IMG/VR virus record: IMGVR_UViG_2920693923_000001 | Location: 95,904 to 159,903 of that record | DNA length: 64,000 bases | Strand: one strand, 5' to 3' | From: a virus | Taxonomy: Duplodnaviria; Caudoviricetes | Shown here: in pieces, positions 1-9,627 of the stretch | Position numbering within the stretch: position 1 is the stretch's first letter | Layout: each line of letters opens with the position of its first letter | The notes under the pieces: generated by a model | What the model was told of the DNA's origin: nothing | Databases searched by the model: none | Seen by the model: the letters and a program-made list of their open reading frames with translations, nothing else | Position numbers and translations under genes: made by a program

Positions 1-1
1 T

Positions 2-190
2 AAGAAGATCAGGGAGAATAGAAGGAATAGACGACAGCTCAAGGATGAAATGATGATTATACATAATATTCTGCGAGAAATCGATGAAACCAAGATCAAT
101 CGTGAACGGACAGAAAAGGCGATTGAAGGACTGTTCGATCGTAAATACAGATACAGGATTGTGGAGGAAAATGAAGATGACAATATGTAG
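2..190 (+). CDS. 3' end of a hypothetical phage protein (starts before the window)
   Basis: Open frame from base 2 (KKIRENRRNRRQLKDEM...EDDNM*) overlapping the next RBS. Confidence 0.6.
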   Translation, partial: KKIRENRRNRRQLKDEMMIIHNILREIDETKINRERTEKAIEGLFDRKYRYRIVEENEDDNM

Positions 191-350
191 AACATGTAAT
201 GTTCCAATGACAGAAGTGAGAAGATTTACATCGGAACGTAATGAAAAATTCCAGCGTTGTCCGAAGTGCTATGGCGAAACGAAGCACTTAAAGATTTTTG
301 AGAGAGAATTATATATTGACAATTATTTACATAACAAAGGGGCAAAATGA
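177..350 (+). CDS. Small Zn-ribbon protein
   Basis: CRTC...CPKC pairs; GGAGG RBS upstream of ATG 177. Confidence 0.6.
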   Translation: MTICRTCNVPMTEVRRFTSERNEKFQRCPKCYGETKHLKIFERELYIDNYLHNKGAK

Positions 351-910
351 TGAACATTGATCAAATATTATTTATGTACTGTGACAACAATATGGCTAAG
401 TTAAAGCGTATATGTCAGCCAATGATTGTTAAAATTGGTGGTGTATCAAATAAAGATTATGATGATTTTTATTCTATCGCACTTGATGTATTAAATGATA
501 CGGCACTTAGATACGATGAAGATCAAGAATGTAATTTTGATGGGTTTTTGGCAAGTAATATTAAGCGTAAATTTAATACAGAGATTCGTGATCGAAATAG
601 AGAGAAGAGAATACCTGCAAAAATGGTGGATAGCATACATAATTTAATCACAGAAGATGGACTTACTCTTGAAGATATTATTCCATCTAATTTTGACACA
701 TACGAATCTGCGTGTGGAGATCATTTCGAAGGTACAAAAATTGAACGATATCTGAATAATTTGTCTAATATTCAAAGGGAAATAGTCAAATATCTTGTTC
801 AAGGGTATGATGAGAAGGAGATAAGAGAATCATTACATATGAGTAAAAAAGATTACTCAAATAATTTGTCTGTAATACAGGCTTATGAAAATGTGAAAAT
901 ATTAATGTAA
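347..910 (+). CDS. Phage sigma-70-like RNA polymerase sigma factor
   Basis: Region-2-like (YDDFYSIA...RYDEDQECNFDGF...RDRNREKR) and region-4-like C-terminus (LSNIQREIVKYLVQGYDEKEIRESL). Confidence 0.7.
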   Translation: MMNIDQILFMYCDNNMAKLKRICQPMIVKIGGVSNKDYDDFYSIALDVLNDTALRYDEDQECNFDGFLASNIKRKFNTEIRDRNREKRIPAKMVDSIHNLITEDGLTLEDIIPSNFDTYESACGDHFEGTKIERYLNNLSNIQREIVKYLVQGYDEKEIRESLHMSKKDYSNNLSVIQAYENVKILM

Positions 911-999
911 CTATATAAGGACTAATTGTTAAGTAATTAAAAACATAGAAATATGTATACAAACATAGGCAAAAGTGAACACATTAAATCTTTTGTTTT

Positions 1000-1230
1000 A
1001 TGGCTTAACAATAGGTTTCAAGTCTAAGTGACTGCTACTATTGAAAAATATGTTGCAGATATGAACTATGTTAAGTAGTAAGGTAAAAACACACCTTTAG
1101 ATGTAATCTTCAGTCTGAAGCTCTGTGAGTACAAACCAAGAAACAATGCTAATGTTCTGCATTGATAACAGGGAAATACATGTCCTCTACTCGACCTTGA
1201 CACGAAGAAAAATTCTCCGAAAGGAAGGTG
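1000..1230 (+). ncRNA. omegaRNA (IscB guide scaffold, HEARO-like); boundaries approximate
   Basis: Structured non-coding leader immediately upstream of iscB, with segments typical of omegaRNAs (ACACCTTTAGATGTAATCTTCAGTCTGAAGCTCTG; CCGAAAGG). Confidence 0.7.
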
Positions 1231-1236
1231 TCAGAA

Positions 1237-2475
1237 ATGACAAATTATGTTTTTGTATTGGATGCTGCCGGCAAACAGTTAGCCCCAACAAAAGAAACAA
1301 AAGCATGGTTTTTTATCCGTAAGGAACATGCAACATTGGTTAGTAAATATCCAATGGTAATACAACTGAATAAAGAAGTTTCAGATGACGAAATCTGTAA
1401 AGATGAGATTCGTTGTGGAATTGATGACGGTGGACTTCATGTGGGTATTGCTTTAGTTCAGAAATGTCAAACAAAAAACAAAGTGGTTTTTAAAGGAACG
1501 ATTGAACAACGCAATGATGTAAAACATCTTATGGATGTCAGACGTGGATGCAGACATTATCATCGTTATCATAAACGGTATAGACAATCAAGATTCAATA
1601 ATCGCTCTTCGTCAAAAAGAGGAAGAATTGCTCCAAGTATTTTACAAAAGCGTCAAGCCACAGTAAGAGTTATAAATCAGCTTAATAGATGGATACATAT
1701 AACAAATTATTGGTTGGAAGATGTTTCTATTGATATACGAGCATTAACCGATAGTTATAAATCTTATAGCTGGCAATATCAAAAATCTAATAGGCTGGAT
1801 GAAAACATCCGTAAAGCAGTGATTCTAAGAGATGAGTGTAAATGTATGGAATGTGGAAAATCTAATTGCAGATTAGAAGTTCATCATATAAGACCGAGAA
1901 GATTAAATGGCTCAAACACACTTAGTAATCTTATTACATTATGTGAAAAGTGTCTTCAGAAAACAGAAGGTAGTGAAGAACTATTTATGGATAAATATTT
2001 CTCTCTGTTAAAATCTTCTGATAATAAAAATCTTAATTATGCTCAACATGTAATGATTGGTAAGAAATGGCTTAGAGAACAATTGTCAAATTTAGGATTA
2101 TTATATCTGACAAATGGTGGAGATACAGCAAATAAACGTATTGACTGGAATATTGAGAAATCACATTCTAATGATGCTATATGTATCACTGATTTACAAC
2201 CTGATACATGTGATGTAAAAGAATGGACTATTAAACCTATGCGTAGACAGAGTAAAGCAAAAACAGATAATGTTTTAGGAATCAAGCATAGGGATTTAGT
2301 AGAATATACATTCAAAAATGGTGAAACTCATAAAGGGTATGTAACGGCGTTGTATCCAAAACAAAACGCAATAAATTTTCAAAGTCCTACAAAACATTGT
2401 AAGAAAGTTAATGCAAAGAAATGTAGGTTACTTTGGAAATTTAATAAAATATATTGGTTAGATAATGTGTCTTGA
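1237..2475 (+). CDS. iscB: RNA-guided endonuclease IscB
   Basis: PLMP-like N-terminus ([14 protein letters not shown]), RuvC-I GIDDG, Arg-rich bridge helix, CxxC-HNH ([12 protein letters not shown]), RuvC-III SHSNDA. Confidence 0.92.
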   Translation: MTNYVFVLDAAGKQLAPTKETKAWFFIRKEHATLVSKYPMVIQLNKEVSDDEICKDEIRCGIDDGGLHVGIALVQKCQTKNKVVFKGTIEQRNDVKHLMDVRRGCRHYHRYHKRYRQSRFNNRSSSKRGRIAPSILQKRQATVRVINQLNRWIHITNYWLEDVSIDIRALTDSYKSYSWQYQKSNRLDENIRKAVILRDECKCMECGKSNCRLEVHHIRPRRLNGSNTLSNLITLCEKCLQKTEGSEELFMDKYFSLLKSSDNKNLNYAQHVMIGKKWLREQLSNLGLLYLTNGGDTANKRIDWNIEKSHSNDAICITDLQPDTCDVKEWTIKPMRRQSKAKTDNVLGIKHRDLVEYTFKNGETHKGYVTALYPKQNAINFQSPTKHCKKVNAKKCRLLWKFNKIYWLDNVS

Positions 2476-2533
2476 ACACATTTGTCTATATTTGAACACA
2501 ATTACTTATATTTAATCAAGGAGGAAGATATTT

Positions 2534-3991
2534 ATGATGGCAGTAGGAAAAATTAGAGAAGAAAATATTCCAGTAATCAATTACACAGAGGAAGTAAAAG
2601 AGGGTGATGTCAATGATAATCAGGACGTGCAGCGATACTTTTGTAGTGATGATCCATTTGTTAATGGAATTGGTGTTACTGTCTTAACAGGAGATTATCT
2701 TCCTCCATTGATTTTAGCAGAAGTTCCTATTAAAGATGGAATTGTTCAAAAATATATTGGTGACGGATTACAGCGCACCACTGCATTGATGCAGATTCGT
2801 TATGGAAATTACAAATTTACTAAAAACATTGAAGACAGCGAGATTGAGTATCAATCAAAAGTCTTCGATGAAAATGGCGTGGCAGTTAGAGACGAAGATG
2901 GGAATTTTGTATGGGAAAAGAAAATATTTGATATAAAAAATAAGACATATGATGATTTTCCAAAAGAACTAAAAAAGAGATTTGATAACTATCAGCTTCG
3001 GATTGTAACATATCAGAATTGTACTATGGAAAAGGTTAGTAAATTAGTTAGAAAACTAAATAACCACAAAGGAATGAATGCAAGTCAGAAAGCATTGACT
3101 TGGATTCCTACATATGCCAGACAAGCAAAAAGTATTGGAGAAGAAGGTTTCTTCAAAAATTCAATGACATACTCAGGTACAGATAGAAAAAATGGAAATT
3201 ATATTCAGCTGGTTTGCAATAGTGTAATGGCTCTTTTCCATATAGATGAATTTAAAAAAGATTCAAAATCGGCGAATGCTATGCTTGAAGAAAAAAGTAA
3301 TCATCAGGAATTTGAAACAGTAAGGAATATCCTTCAGAGAATGGAAAAATGTTGTAGATCATCTTGTAAAGATGTTTTTGTAAAGAAAGACATATCGACA
3401 TGGGTAGTTGTATTTGATAAGTTCAGCAGATTAAATCTTCCAGATGCTAAATTTGCTGAGTTTGTACAGGCGATTCCAACAAAATTACATAATGTCAAAG
3501 TAGGCGACTGGTCATACGATTTATTATATAAAGAACCAGGTACAACAGGTAAAAAACTTGTTGCTCAGAAAATTGATACATATACAGCATTAATGATGGA
3601 TTATTTACATATTACAGAAAATCAGACAGAGAATAATTCAATAGACAATGTTGAGTTGTCAGAAGAAATTACGCCATTGCAGTTCATTAGAGAGAATGTA
3701 TCAGAGAGAGTATCAGAAGATGATGTGGATGATTATTATACTTTAATGGATGACTTCAAAAATTTAGATGGAGTAAACAAAGAATCACCATTTTTTGACT
3801 ACCATAATGAATTGGCATTTTTAGGTATGATTGCATATTCATTTAAGAGTGACAAAGATCTGGATAATTGGTTAGTTACATATACTAACAAAGATATTTC
3901 TTATAGTAATGATCAGGTGGTAAATTTGGATAATATGTTGGCTGATTTTAAAGAATTTGATAAGAAATTAACTCAAAAATTATCAGCATAG
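2534..3991 (+). CDS. DUF262/ParB-like N-terminal domain protein
   Basis: QR...LPPLIL...IGDGLQR motif and a later KLNN, as in the DUF262/ParB-like fold. Confidence 0.6.
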   Translation: MMAVGKIREENIPVINYTEEVKEGDVNDNQDVQRYFCSDDPFVNGIGVTVLTGDYLPPLILAEVPIKDGIVQKYIGDGLQRTTALMQIRYGNYKFTKNIEDSEIEYQSKVFDENGVAVRDEDGNFVWEKKIFDIKNKTYDDFPKELKKRFDNYQLRIVTYQNCTMEKVSKLVRKLNNHKGMNASQKALTWIPTYARQAKSIGEEGFFKNSMTYSGTDRKNGNYIQLVCNSVMALFHIDEFKKDSKSANAMLEEKSNHQEFETVRNILQRMEKCCRSSCKDVFVKKDISTWVVVFDKFSRLNLPDAKFAEFVQAIPTKLHNVKVGDWSYDLLYKEPGTTGKKLVAQKIDTYTALMMDYLHITENQTENNSIDNVELSEEITPLQFIRENVSERVSEDDVDDYYTLMDDFKNLDGVNKESPFFDYHNELAFLGMIAYSFKSDKDLDNWLVTYTNKDISYSNDQVVNLDNMLADFKEFDKKLTQKLSA

Positions 3992-4004
3992 AAATGGAGA
4001 ATAC

Positions 4005-4493
4005 ATGAAAGTACAAACAGAACATAGTGGTACGATAACATTTCGCCCGGAGTATTGTTATATGAACCGAAAATTGCTTATACAGATGATCAATCATAAT
4101 AATAAGAAATCATTGGAAAGGGATAAGAATATGAATAAAAGGCAGCGTAAGAAATGGTTAAAGAAACATGGTGAATATGTTAATCCGAAGGAAACTTGGG
4201 ATTTGAGCTATACCATTGCAAAGTTTATCATTCCGAGATTAAAATATTTCAAAGAAGAATCATGTTGTTATCCTGGAACTGGTGATATGAATACACCTGA
4301 GAAATGGGATGCTGCCCTCGATAAAATGATTCATGCATTTGAACTAACACTGATGACCGATGATTATTATGGTGTTTGGGACATAAATACGCAACCATAT
4401 AAAGAAGTTAAGCACTTAATCGATCAGAAGCAAGCAGAAGTTGATGAAGGTTTGCAATTGTTTGGCAAATGGTTTCAAGCATTGTGGTGGTGA
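4005..4493 (+). CDS. Hypothetical phage protein (alternative start at 4130, MNKRQRKK)
   Basis: ORF with RBS; ends in GLQLFGKWFQALWW. Confidence 0.65.
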   Translation: MKVQTEHSGTITFRPEYCYMNRKLLIQMINHNNKKSLERDKNMNKRQRKKWLKKHGEYVNPKETWDLSYTIAKFIIPRLKYFKEESCCYPGTGDMNTPEKWDAALDKMIHAFELTLMTDDYYGVWDINTQPYKEVKHLIDQKQAEVDEGLQLFGKWFQALWW

Positions 4494-4643
4494 TATTAAC
4501 AGGGATTATACATATCATTACCTCACCTCTTATATCTAATACATATGCCAAATCTGGCAATTCTTTGTGTATGATTCCTGTTTAATATATATGAATAAGA
4601 GAGAATAAGTAAGTAGATGACTTGACTAAAGTTGTCTGCCTAA

Positions 4644-4715
4644 TGGGTTATAGCCAAGCGGTAAGGCACAGGACTTTGACTCCTGCATTCGCTGGTTCGA
4701 ATCCAGCTAGCCCAG
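4644..4715 (+). tRNA. tRNA-Gln (anticodon TTG), CCA not encoded
   Basis: Acceptor TGGGTTA/TAGCCCA, D arm GCC..GGC, anticodon arm CAGGA-CTTTGAC-TCCTG, T arm GCTGG-TTCGAAT-CCAGC. Confidence 0.95.
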
Positions 4716-4752
4716 CTATAGGTTTCAAGATTTGAAACTCTTAATCTGTTTT

Positions 4753-4826
4753 TGTTCATGAGTGCGATGGTAGCACGACAGAAATGACTGACACTATAAG
4801 ATGTGGTTCAATTTTACAATGAACAA
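4753..4826 (+). ncRNA. Degenerate tRNA or tRNA-like RNA
   Basis: Acceptor TGTTCAT/ATGAACA, D arm GTGC-GATGGTA-GCAC, T arm TGTGG-TTCAATT-TTACA; anticodon arm defective. Confidence 0.55.
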
Positions 4827-4858
4827 ACGATATATCCAAATAGAAAGGAGAACAAAAC

Positions 4859-4963
4859 ATGGGAATTACATGTAACCCAACTGGATCATTCAAGGGAGAT
4901 CTTGCCAAAGTAGATAACAAGATTGCTAAAGCAAAAGCAGAAAAGATTGCTAAGAAGAATTAA
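4859..4963 (+). CDS. 34-aa basic microprotein (MGITCNPTGSFKGDLAKVDNKIAKAKAEKIAKKN)
   Basis: Strong AAAGGAG RBS; below the ORF-track size cutoff. Confidence 0.6.
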   Translation: MGITCNPTGSFKGDLAKVDNKIAKAKAEKIAKKN

Positions 4964-4980
4964 TGGAGTAGGAGGTCATC

Positions 4981-5207
4981 ATGGATAAATTAGTTGGTAC
5001 ATACAAACCACAAAAATTGTATTGCTATTCAAAACCGAATGCCATGGAAGGACATAATATTCAGATGATGTGGCAATATGTTATGCAGATTCACTTAAAG
5101 ATGCGATGAGTAAATTTAATAGGCTTTACGATTTGAGTTTGTTAGTGGGTAATGTCAAAGAAGTCAGATTCAATGATTTTGGTATATATATTGCCACAGA
5201 TTACTAG
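4981..5207 (+). pseudogene. Frameshifted hypothetical gene
   Basis: RBS and ATG at 4981; coding-like sequence continues in another frame after ~5056 (YSDDVAICYADS...ATDY*). Confidence 0.5.
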
Positions 5208-5245
5208 AAAAAATTCTTTTCTTTGGAAAACTAGGAGGTTTACAG

Positions 5246-5578
5246 ATGGAAATGTTAAAAGAATATTCAGAAAAATACGGATTAAAAGAAGTGGTAAATG
5301 ATTATGGAGAGCATCGCCAGACACGAGAAAGAAGCATTGTATTTCCGAATGGATGGGTTGCTTCTATTGTAGAAAATAATGGTGTTGATACATATAAGCC
5401 AAACGGAGAACACATAAAAGAATTTAAGTCGGATAAGAACTATTCTGTTGCAATGTGTGATTACAATGGATACTTCGATTGGGATATTCTTAATAAATAT
5501 GGAGCAATTGATGGATGTATTTATTGTGACACAGAACTTGAACTACTGGTTGCTTGTGAGACAATCAGGAGATTATAG
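5246..5578 (+). CDS. Hypothetical phage protein
   Basis: AGGAGG RBS, 110 aa. Confidence 0.75.
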   Translation: MEMLKEYSEKYGLKEVVNDYGEHRQTRERSIVFPNGWVASIVENNGVDTYKPNGEHIKEFKSDKNYSVAMCDYNGYFDWDILNKYGAIDGCIYCDTELELLVACETIRRL

Positions 5579-5612
5579 AATGGTGTGCTTTTTTGGATTG
5601 TGAGGTGAAAAG

Positions 5613-5741
5613 ATGAGTATTGTGTTATTCGCAATGATTGGAGCTGCCATAAAAGCAGGTATAGACTATTGGATTTGTTATGGAGTGTATTGTACAATTG
5701 CAGTTTTGAAAATGATAATAAATTTGGTAGAGAATAATTAA
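5613..5741 (+). CDS. Small membrane protein (42 aa)
   Basis: GAGGTG RBS, hydrophobic sequence. Confidence 0.55.
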   Translation: MSIVLFAMIGAAIKAGIDYWICYGVYCTIAVLKMIINLVENN

Positions 5742-5784
5742 CAGTAAAGTTCGATTTCATATGGAAGCGAGGTGAAAGTAGATA

Positions 5785-6084
5785 GTGTCAAAAGGAAAGA
5801 AATTTAACGCTGCCGAAAAACATTTTGAGAAAAAATGTGTAGAGTGGCGAAAGAGGATAAAAGAATTAGAAGAAACGAATAAGCTTCTACACAAACGAAT
5901 AAGCGATAACTGTGATGAAATAGAAAAATTACAGATGAAAAATGAATGCTTAGAACAACAGAACCAAGTGCTTATGGAATTAAAAGATATGTCTGTTGAT
6001 GATGTTAAAACCTTGATTGCATCAAAAGAGTCAGTTAATAAATTGTCTGGATTGTTTGATGCAATGTCAAAGAGAATGTTTTAA
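5785..6084 (+). CDS. Hypothetical coiled-coil protein
   Basis: GAGGTG RBS, GTG start. Confidence 0.7.
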   Translation: MSKGKKFNAAEKHFEKKCVEWRKRIKELEETNKLLHKRISDNCDEIEKLQMKNECLEQQNQVLMELKDMSVDDVKTLIASKESVNKLSGLFDAMSKRMF

Positions 6085-6117
6085 CAAGAAAACTTCGTTT
6101 CATTGTAAAAAATTTCT

Positions 6118-6160
6118 GAGCGATTCAGCTCAATAAAATTCCCAAATTAAAAAGAGAATA
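6118..6160 (+). promoter_or_regulatory. Recurrent GAGC-loop-GCTC ... AGAGAATA element (putative phage promoter)
   Basis: Same layout recurs at 21224, 23546 and 46195, with variants at 13075 and 31413. Confidence 0.5.
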
Positions 6161-6220
6161 TAGATATGTAACCAATTAACATTCATATATAAAAATTATA
6201 GAAAAGGAGAGTACAAACAG

Positions 6221-8821
6221 ATGAATGGATTGAGTAGTAAAGAAGTTCTCAAAAGTAGAGAGCTTCATGGAAGTAATAAGCTTCCTGAACCAAAGTTGGA
6301 CAAGTGGTATGACTTCGCAAAGGAGGCATTAAGTGAGAAAATCACAATGATTCTTATTGCAATTGCGGTATTGCAGTTATTCCTTGGAGTCATGGGAGTA
6401 ATGGATTTGTCAGATCCAATTATGATTCTTGTCGTATTAGCAATTGTAACATGTATTGCTGTTAAGACTGGACTTGGTGTTCAGAAATCAGCAGCAGAGT
6501 TGAGAGCCAAAACATCAGTCAGGTATTGTGATGTAATTCGTGATGGTAAAGTTCAAACGATTAACAAGGATGAACTTGTAGTTGGTGATCTCGTTTGTAT
6601 AGGAATGGGACAAGAGATTTTTGCAGATGGTTATCTCATTGAAGGTAAGATTTCTGTAAACAATGCAGCTATTAACGGAGAAACAAAAGAGTGCAAGAAA
6701 ACACCAGTTGAAGGATACGTTCATAAGAAAACTACTTCAACAGATGCTTATACGAATCAGAATTGTTTATTCGCTGGCACAACAGTAATGTCAGGTGAAG
6801 GAAAGATGATTGTCACCGATGTAGGTGTGAATACAGTAAATGGTGATACACTCGTTAAAATGCAAACACTTGAAGCACCAAAGACAGCACTTGATATTGC
6901 ACTTGATAATCTGAGCGACTTCATTTCTAAGTGGGGAACAATCGCAGCCGTTATTACATTTGCAGTGCTTACAATTTCAGGAATTGCACAGGTTGGATTT
7001 GGAGAATATTTTAGCGGTGGCGTTCTGAATATTATTCAGAAGATCGCACAGAACTTCTCAGTAGCATTAACAATTATTGTAGCTGCTGTTCCCGAAGGAT
7101 TGCCTCTTATTGTAAAACTTGTAACAAAACAGAATGTAAAGACAATGGAGAAATTCAATATTCTTGCTAAGAATCCTGGTAAAATTCCAGAGTTAGCATA
7201 TGTTGATATTATCTGTACTGATAAGACAGGTACTCTTACGACAGGTATTATGACTCCAAAGAAGATTATTGATGGCTTTGGTAATGATGTAAATAAGGAT
7301 TCAGTTCTTTGGAATAATATCAAGGCAAACATTTCTTTAAATAATAGTGCAACATTTGATTCAGAAAACAATATTACAGGTGGTAATTCAATTGATAGAG
7401 CAGTTCTTAGCCTTGTAAATCCTGAAACATATGCTGACATTCAGAAAAAATATCCAGTTAAGTTAAAGCAGGTATTTAATAGTAGCAATAAGTATTCAGC
7501 TTTTACGACAAAGGATGGAGTTACATACTATAAAGGCGCACCTGAGAAACTGATTGAGCATTGCACAAAAGTAATGGATTCAAGTGGTGAAATTATAGAG
7601 AATAACGACAATGACACATTAAGTAATGCAATTACAGCGATGACAAGTAATGCGATGAGATGCATTGCAGTTACAATGGCAGATGGCGATTTAGTAGAGA
7701 ATGAAATACCAAATGACATGACATTCCTTGGAATTATCGGTGTTGTAGATCCTGTAAGAGATGAAGTACCGAGTGCAGTAAAAACAGCACATAAGGCTGG
7801 TATTCAAGTTGTTGAAATCACAGGCGATTGTATTGAGACAGCAGTTGCAGTTGCTACAGAGTGTGGAATTTACAAAGATGGAGATTTAGCACTTACAAAT
7901 GATGAATTTGAAGCGATGTCAGATGATGAAGTAAAGAGTATAATTCCTCGATTGAGAGTTATTTCAAGATGCTCACCAAACACAAAACTCAGACTTGTCA
8001 CATTAGCACAAGAGATTGGAAAGTCAGTTGCAATGACAGGTGATGGTGTAAATGATAGTCCTGCTTTAAAGAGAGCTGATGTTGGTTTTGGTATGCAAGG
8101 TGGATCAGATGTAGCAAAAGAAGCTTCAGACATTGTATTGACAGATGATAACTTTGCAAGCGTTGTAAAGGCAGTAGAACTTGGAAGAACATTTATGCAC
8201 AATATTATGATGTTCCTTGAATTTCAGTTACCTATCAATATTTCACTTCTGATTCTCAGTGTTATCTATCCAATGATTGCAACAGGTGCATTACTTGCAT
8301 CGGTTCAGATTCTGATTGTAAATATCATTATGGACTCTCTTAATTCATTATCATTTGGTGGCGAACCTCCAAAGGATGAATATATGACTGAGAAACCTAT
8401 TAAGAAAGGTTCTGGCTTATTCATCAGAGGTGCAAAGAAACGTATTGCATTAAGTACAGTAGCATTTATTGCACTTTATGGAATTATTACATTCAGTCCT
8501 ATTGCAAATATGTTTGCATCTGAAACAGAAGCTATGACAGCGAGATTCGCATTGTTATGCTTTATGGCAGTATTTAATGGATTTAACATTCGTACAGAGC
8601 ATATTAATTTGTTCAATGGTATTGGGAAGAACAAACTGTTCTCAGCCATTGCAATCGGAATTTTTGTAATGACTTTTGCTCTTTGCAACTTTGCAGAAAA
8701 TCTTATTAAGGTTACAGCTTTAGATTTCAAACATTGGGTAGTAGTTGTAATTCTAGCGTTTATGGTTATTCCAATTGATCTTATTAGAAAGATTATTAAG
8801 AAGAAAAGAGAGAATAAGTAA
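6221..8821 (+). CDS. Calcium-translocating P-type ATPase (PMCA-like)
   Basis: PEGL, DKTGT, KGAPE, TGD, GDGVNDSPAL and NIIMDS motifs; multiple transmembrane helices. Confidence 0.92.
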   Translation: MNGLSSKEVLKSRELHGSNKLPEPKLDKWYDFAKEALSEKITMILIAIAVLQLFLGVMGVMDLSDPIMILVVLAIVTCIAVKTGLGVQKSAAELRAKTSVRYCDVIRDGKVQTINKDELVVGDLVCIGMGQEIFADGYLIEGKISVNNAAINGETKECKKTPVEGYVHKKTTSTDAYTNQNCLFAGTTVMSGEGKMIVTDVGVNTVNGDTLVKMQTLEAPKTALDIALDNLSDFISKWGTIAAVITFAVLTISGIAQVGFGEYFSGGVLNIIQKIAQNFSVALTIIVAAVPEGLPLIVKLVTKQNVKTMEKFNILAKNPGKIPELAYVDIICTDKTGTLTTGIMTPKKIIDGFGNDVNKDSVLWNNIKANISLNNSATFDSENNITGGNSIDRAVLSLVNPETYADIQKKYPVKLKQVFNSSNKYSAFTTKDGVTYYKGAPEKLIEHCTKVMDSSGEIIENNDNDTLSNAITAMTSNAMRCIAVTMADGDLVENEIPNDMTFLGIIGVVDPVRDEVPSAVKTAHKAGIQVVEITGDCIETAVAVATECGIYKDGDLALTNDEFEAMSDDEVKSIIPRLRVISRCSPNTKLRLVTLAQEIGKSVAMTGDGVNDSPALKRADVGFGMQGGSDVAKEASDIVLTDDNFASVVKAVELGRTFMHNIMMFLEFQLPINISLLILSVIYPMIATGALLASVQILIVNIIMDSLNSLSFGGEPPKDEYMTEKPIKKGSGLFIRGAKKRIALSTVAFIALYGIITFSPIANMFASETEAMTARFALLCFMAVFNGFNIRTEHINLFNGIGKNKLFSAIAIGIFVMTFALCNFAENLIKVTALDFKHWVVVVILAFMVIPIDLIRKIIKKKRENK

Positions 8822-8837
8822 TTGAGGAGATGAGAAC

Positions 8838-9041
8838 ATGGTAATGAGAGATAAAAGTTATAAAACAGTAGAGATTATTACTCTTATATGTTTTTCAATT
8901 AGTGTTATTACAGTATGTATTACACGCTTTATTCCATTTATTTTTCTGATATTACTCACATTCCCAATTTCTTTTAAATTATTAAAAGGGAAGGTTGACA
9001 GCCTTCCCAAGAATAAGGAGGACAAAAAATATGTCAATTAG
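8838..9041 (+). CDS. Small two-TM membrane protein
   Basis: GAGGAG RBS, hydrophobic, inside the operon. Confidence 0.65.
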   Translation: MVMRDKSYKTVEIITLICFSISVITVCITRFIPFIFLILLTFPISFKLLKGKVDSLPKNKEDKKYVN

Positions 9042-9609
9042 TTTAGTTAAAGGTCAGAAGATTGACCTTACAAAAGGCAATGCAGGTTTAAACAAAGTCG
9101 TATTTGGTCTTGGATGGGATACAAATAGATACGATGGTAATGCAGATTTCGATTTGGATGTATCAGCATTTTTTACTGATGATTCAGGAAAGGTAACAGG
9201 CGAACAGGATTTTGTATTTTATGGTCAGCCACAGCACCCAAGCGGAGCATTGATTTATTCTGGCGATAATAGAACAGGTGTAGGTGATGGCGATGACGAG
9301 ACAATGATTGTTGAGTTAAATAAGATTCCATCTAATATTACAAAGATTAGTTTCTCAGCGACAATTTATGATGCAGAAAATCGTTTACAGAATTTCGGAA
9401 TGGTTGATAATTCGTACATTAGAGCATACAACGCTGATACAAATGAGGAACTTTTCAAATATGAACTTAATGAGGATTTCTCATTAGAGACAGGTGTTAT
9501 TGCAGGTGAGTTGTATCGTAAGAACGGTGAATGGAAGTTTAATGCAGTTGGTTCAGGTTACAATGGTGGTTTAGCTGCTATTGGTAGAAATTTTGGTTTG
9601 GATTTATAA
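9031..9609 (+). CDS. terD: TerD-family protein
   Basis: SLVKGQ, GLGWD, DLDVSA, GDNRTG-GDGDDE, GEWKFNAVG motifs. Confidence 0.92.
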   Translation: MSISLVKGQKIDLTKGNAGLNKVVFGLGWDTNRYDGNADFDLDVSAFFTDDSGKVTGEQDFVFYGQPQHPSGALIYSGDNRTGVGDGDDETMIVELNKIPSNITKISFSATIYDAENRLQNFGMVDNSYIRAYNADTNEELFKYELNEDFSLETGVIAGELYRKNGEWKFNAVGSGYNGGLAAIGRNFGLDL

Positions 9610-9627
9610 AATGGAAGGAGAATATAT

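Larger units (their letters stand above)
930..2508 (+). mobile_element. Non-autonomous IscB (OMEGA) element, no tnpA
   Basis: omegaRNA-like leader plus iscB, bounded by imperfect inverted sequences at 930-977 and 2477-2508. Confidence 0.7.

Noticed and set aside
1125-1322. 65-aa ORF upstream of iscB
   Set aside because: It overlaps the omegaRNA and the iscB start and has no RBS.
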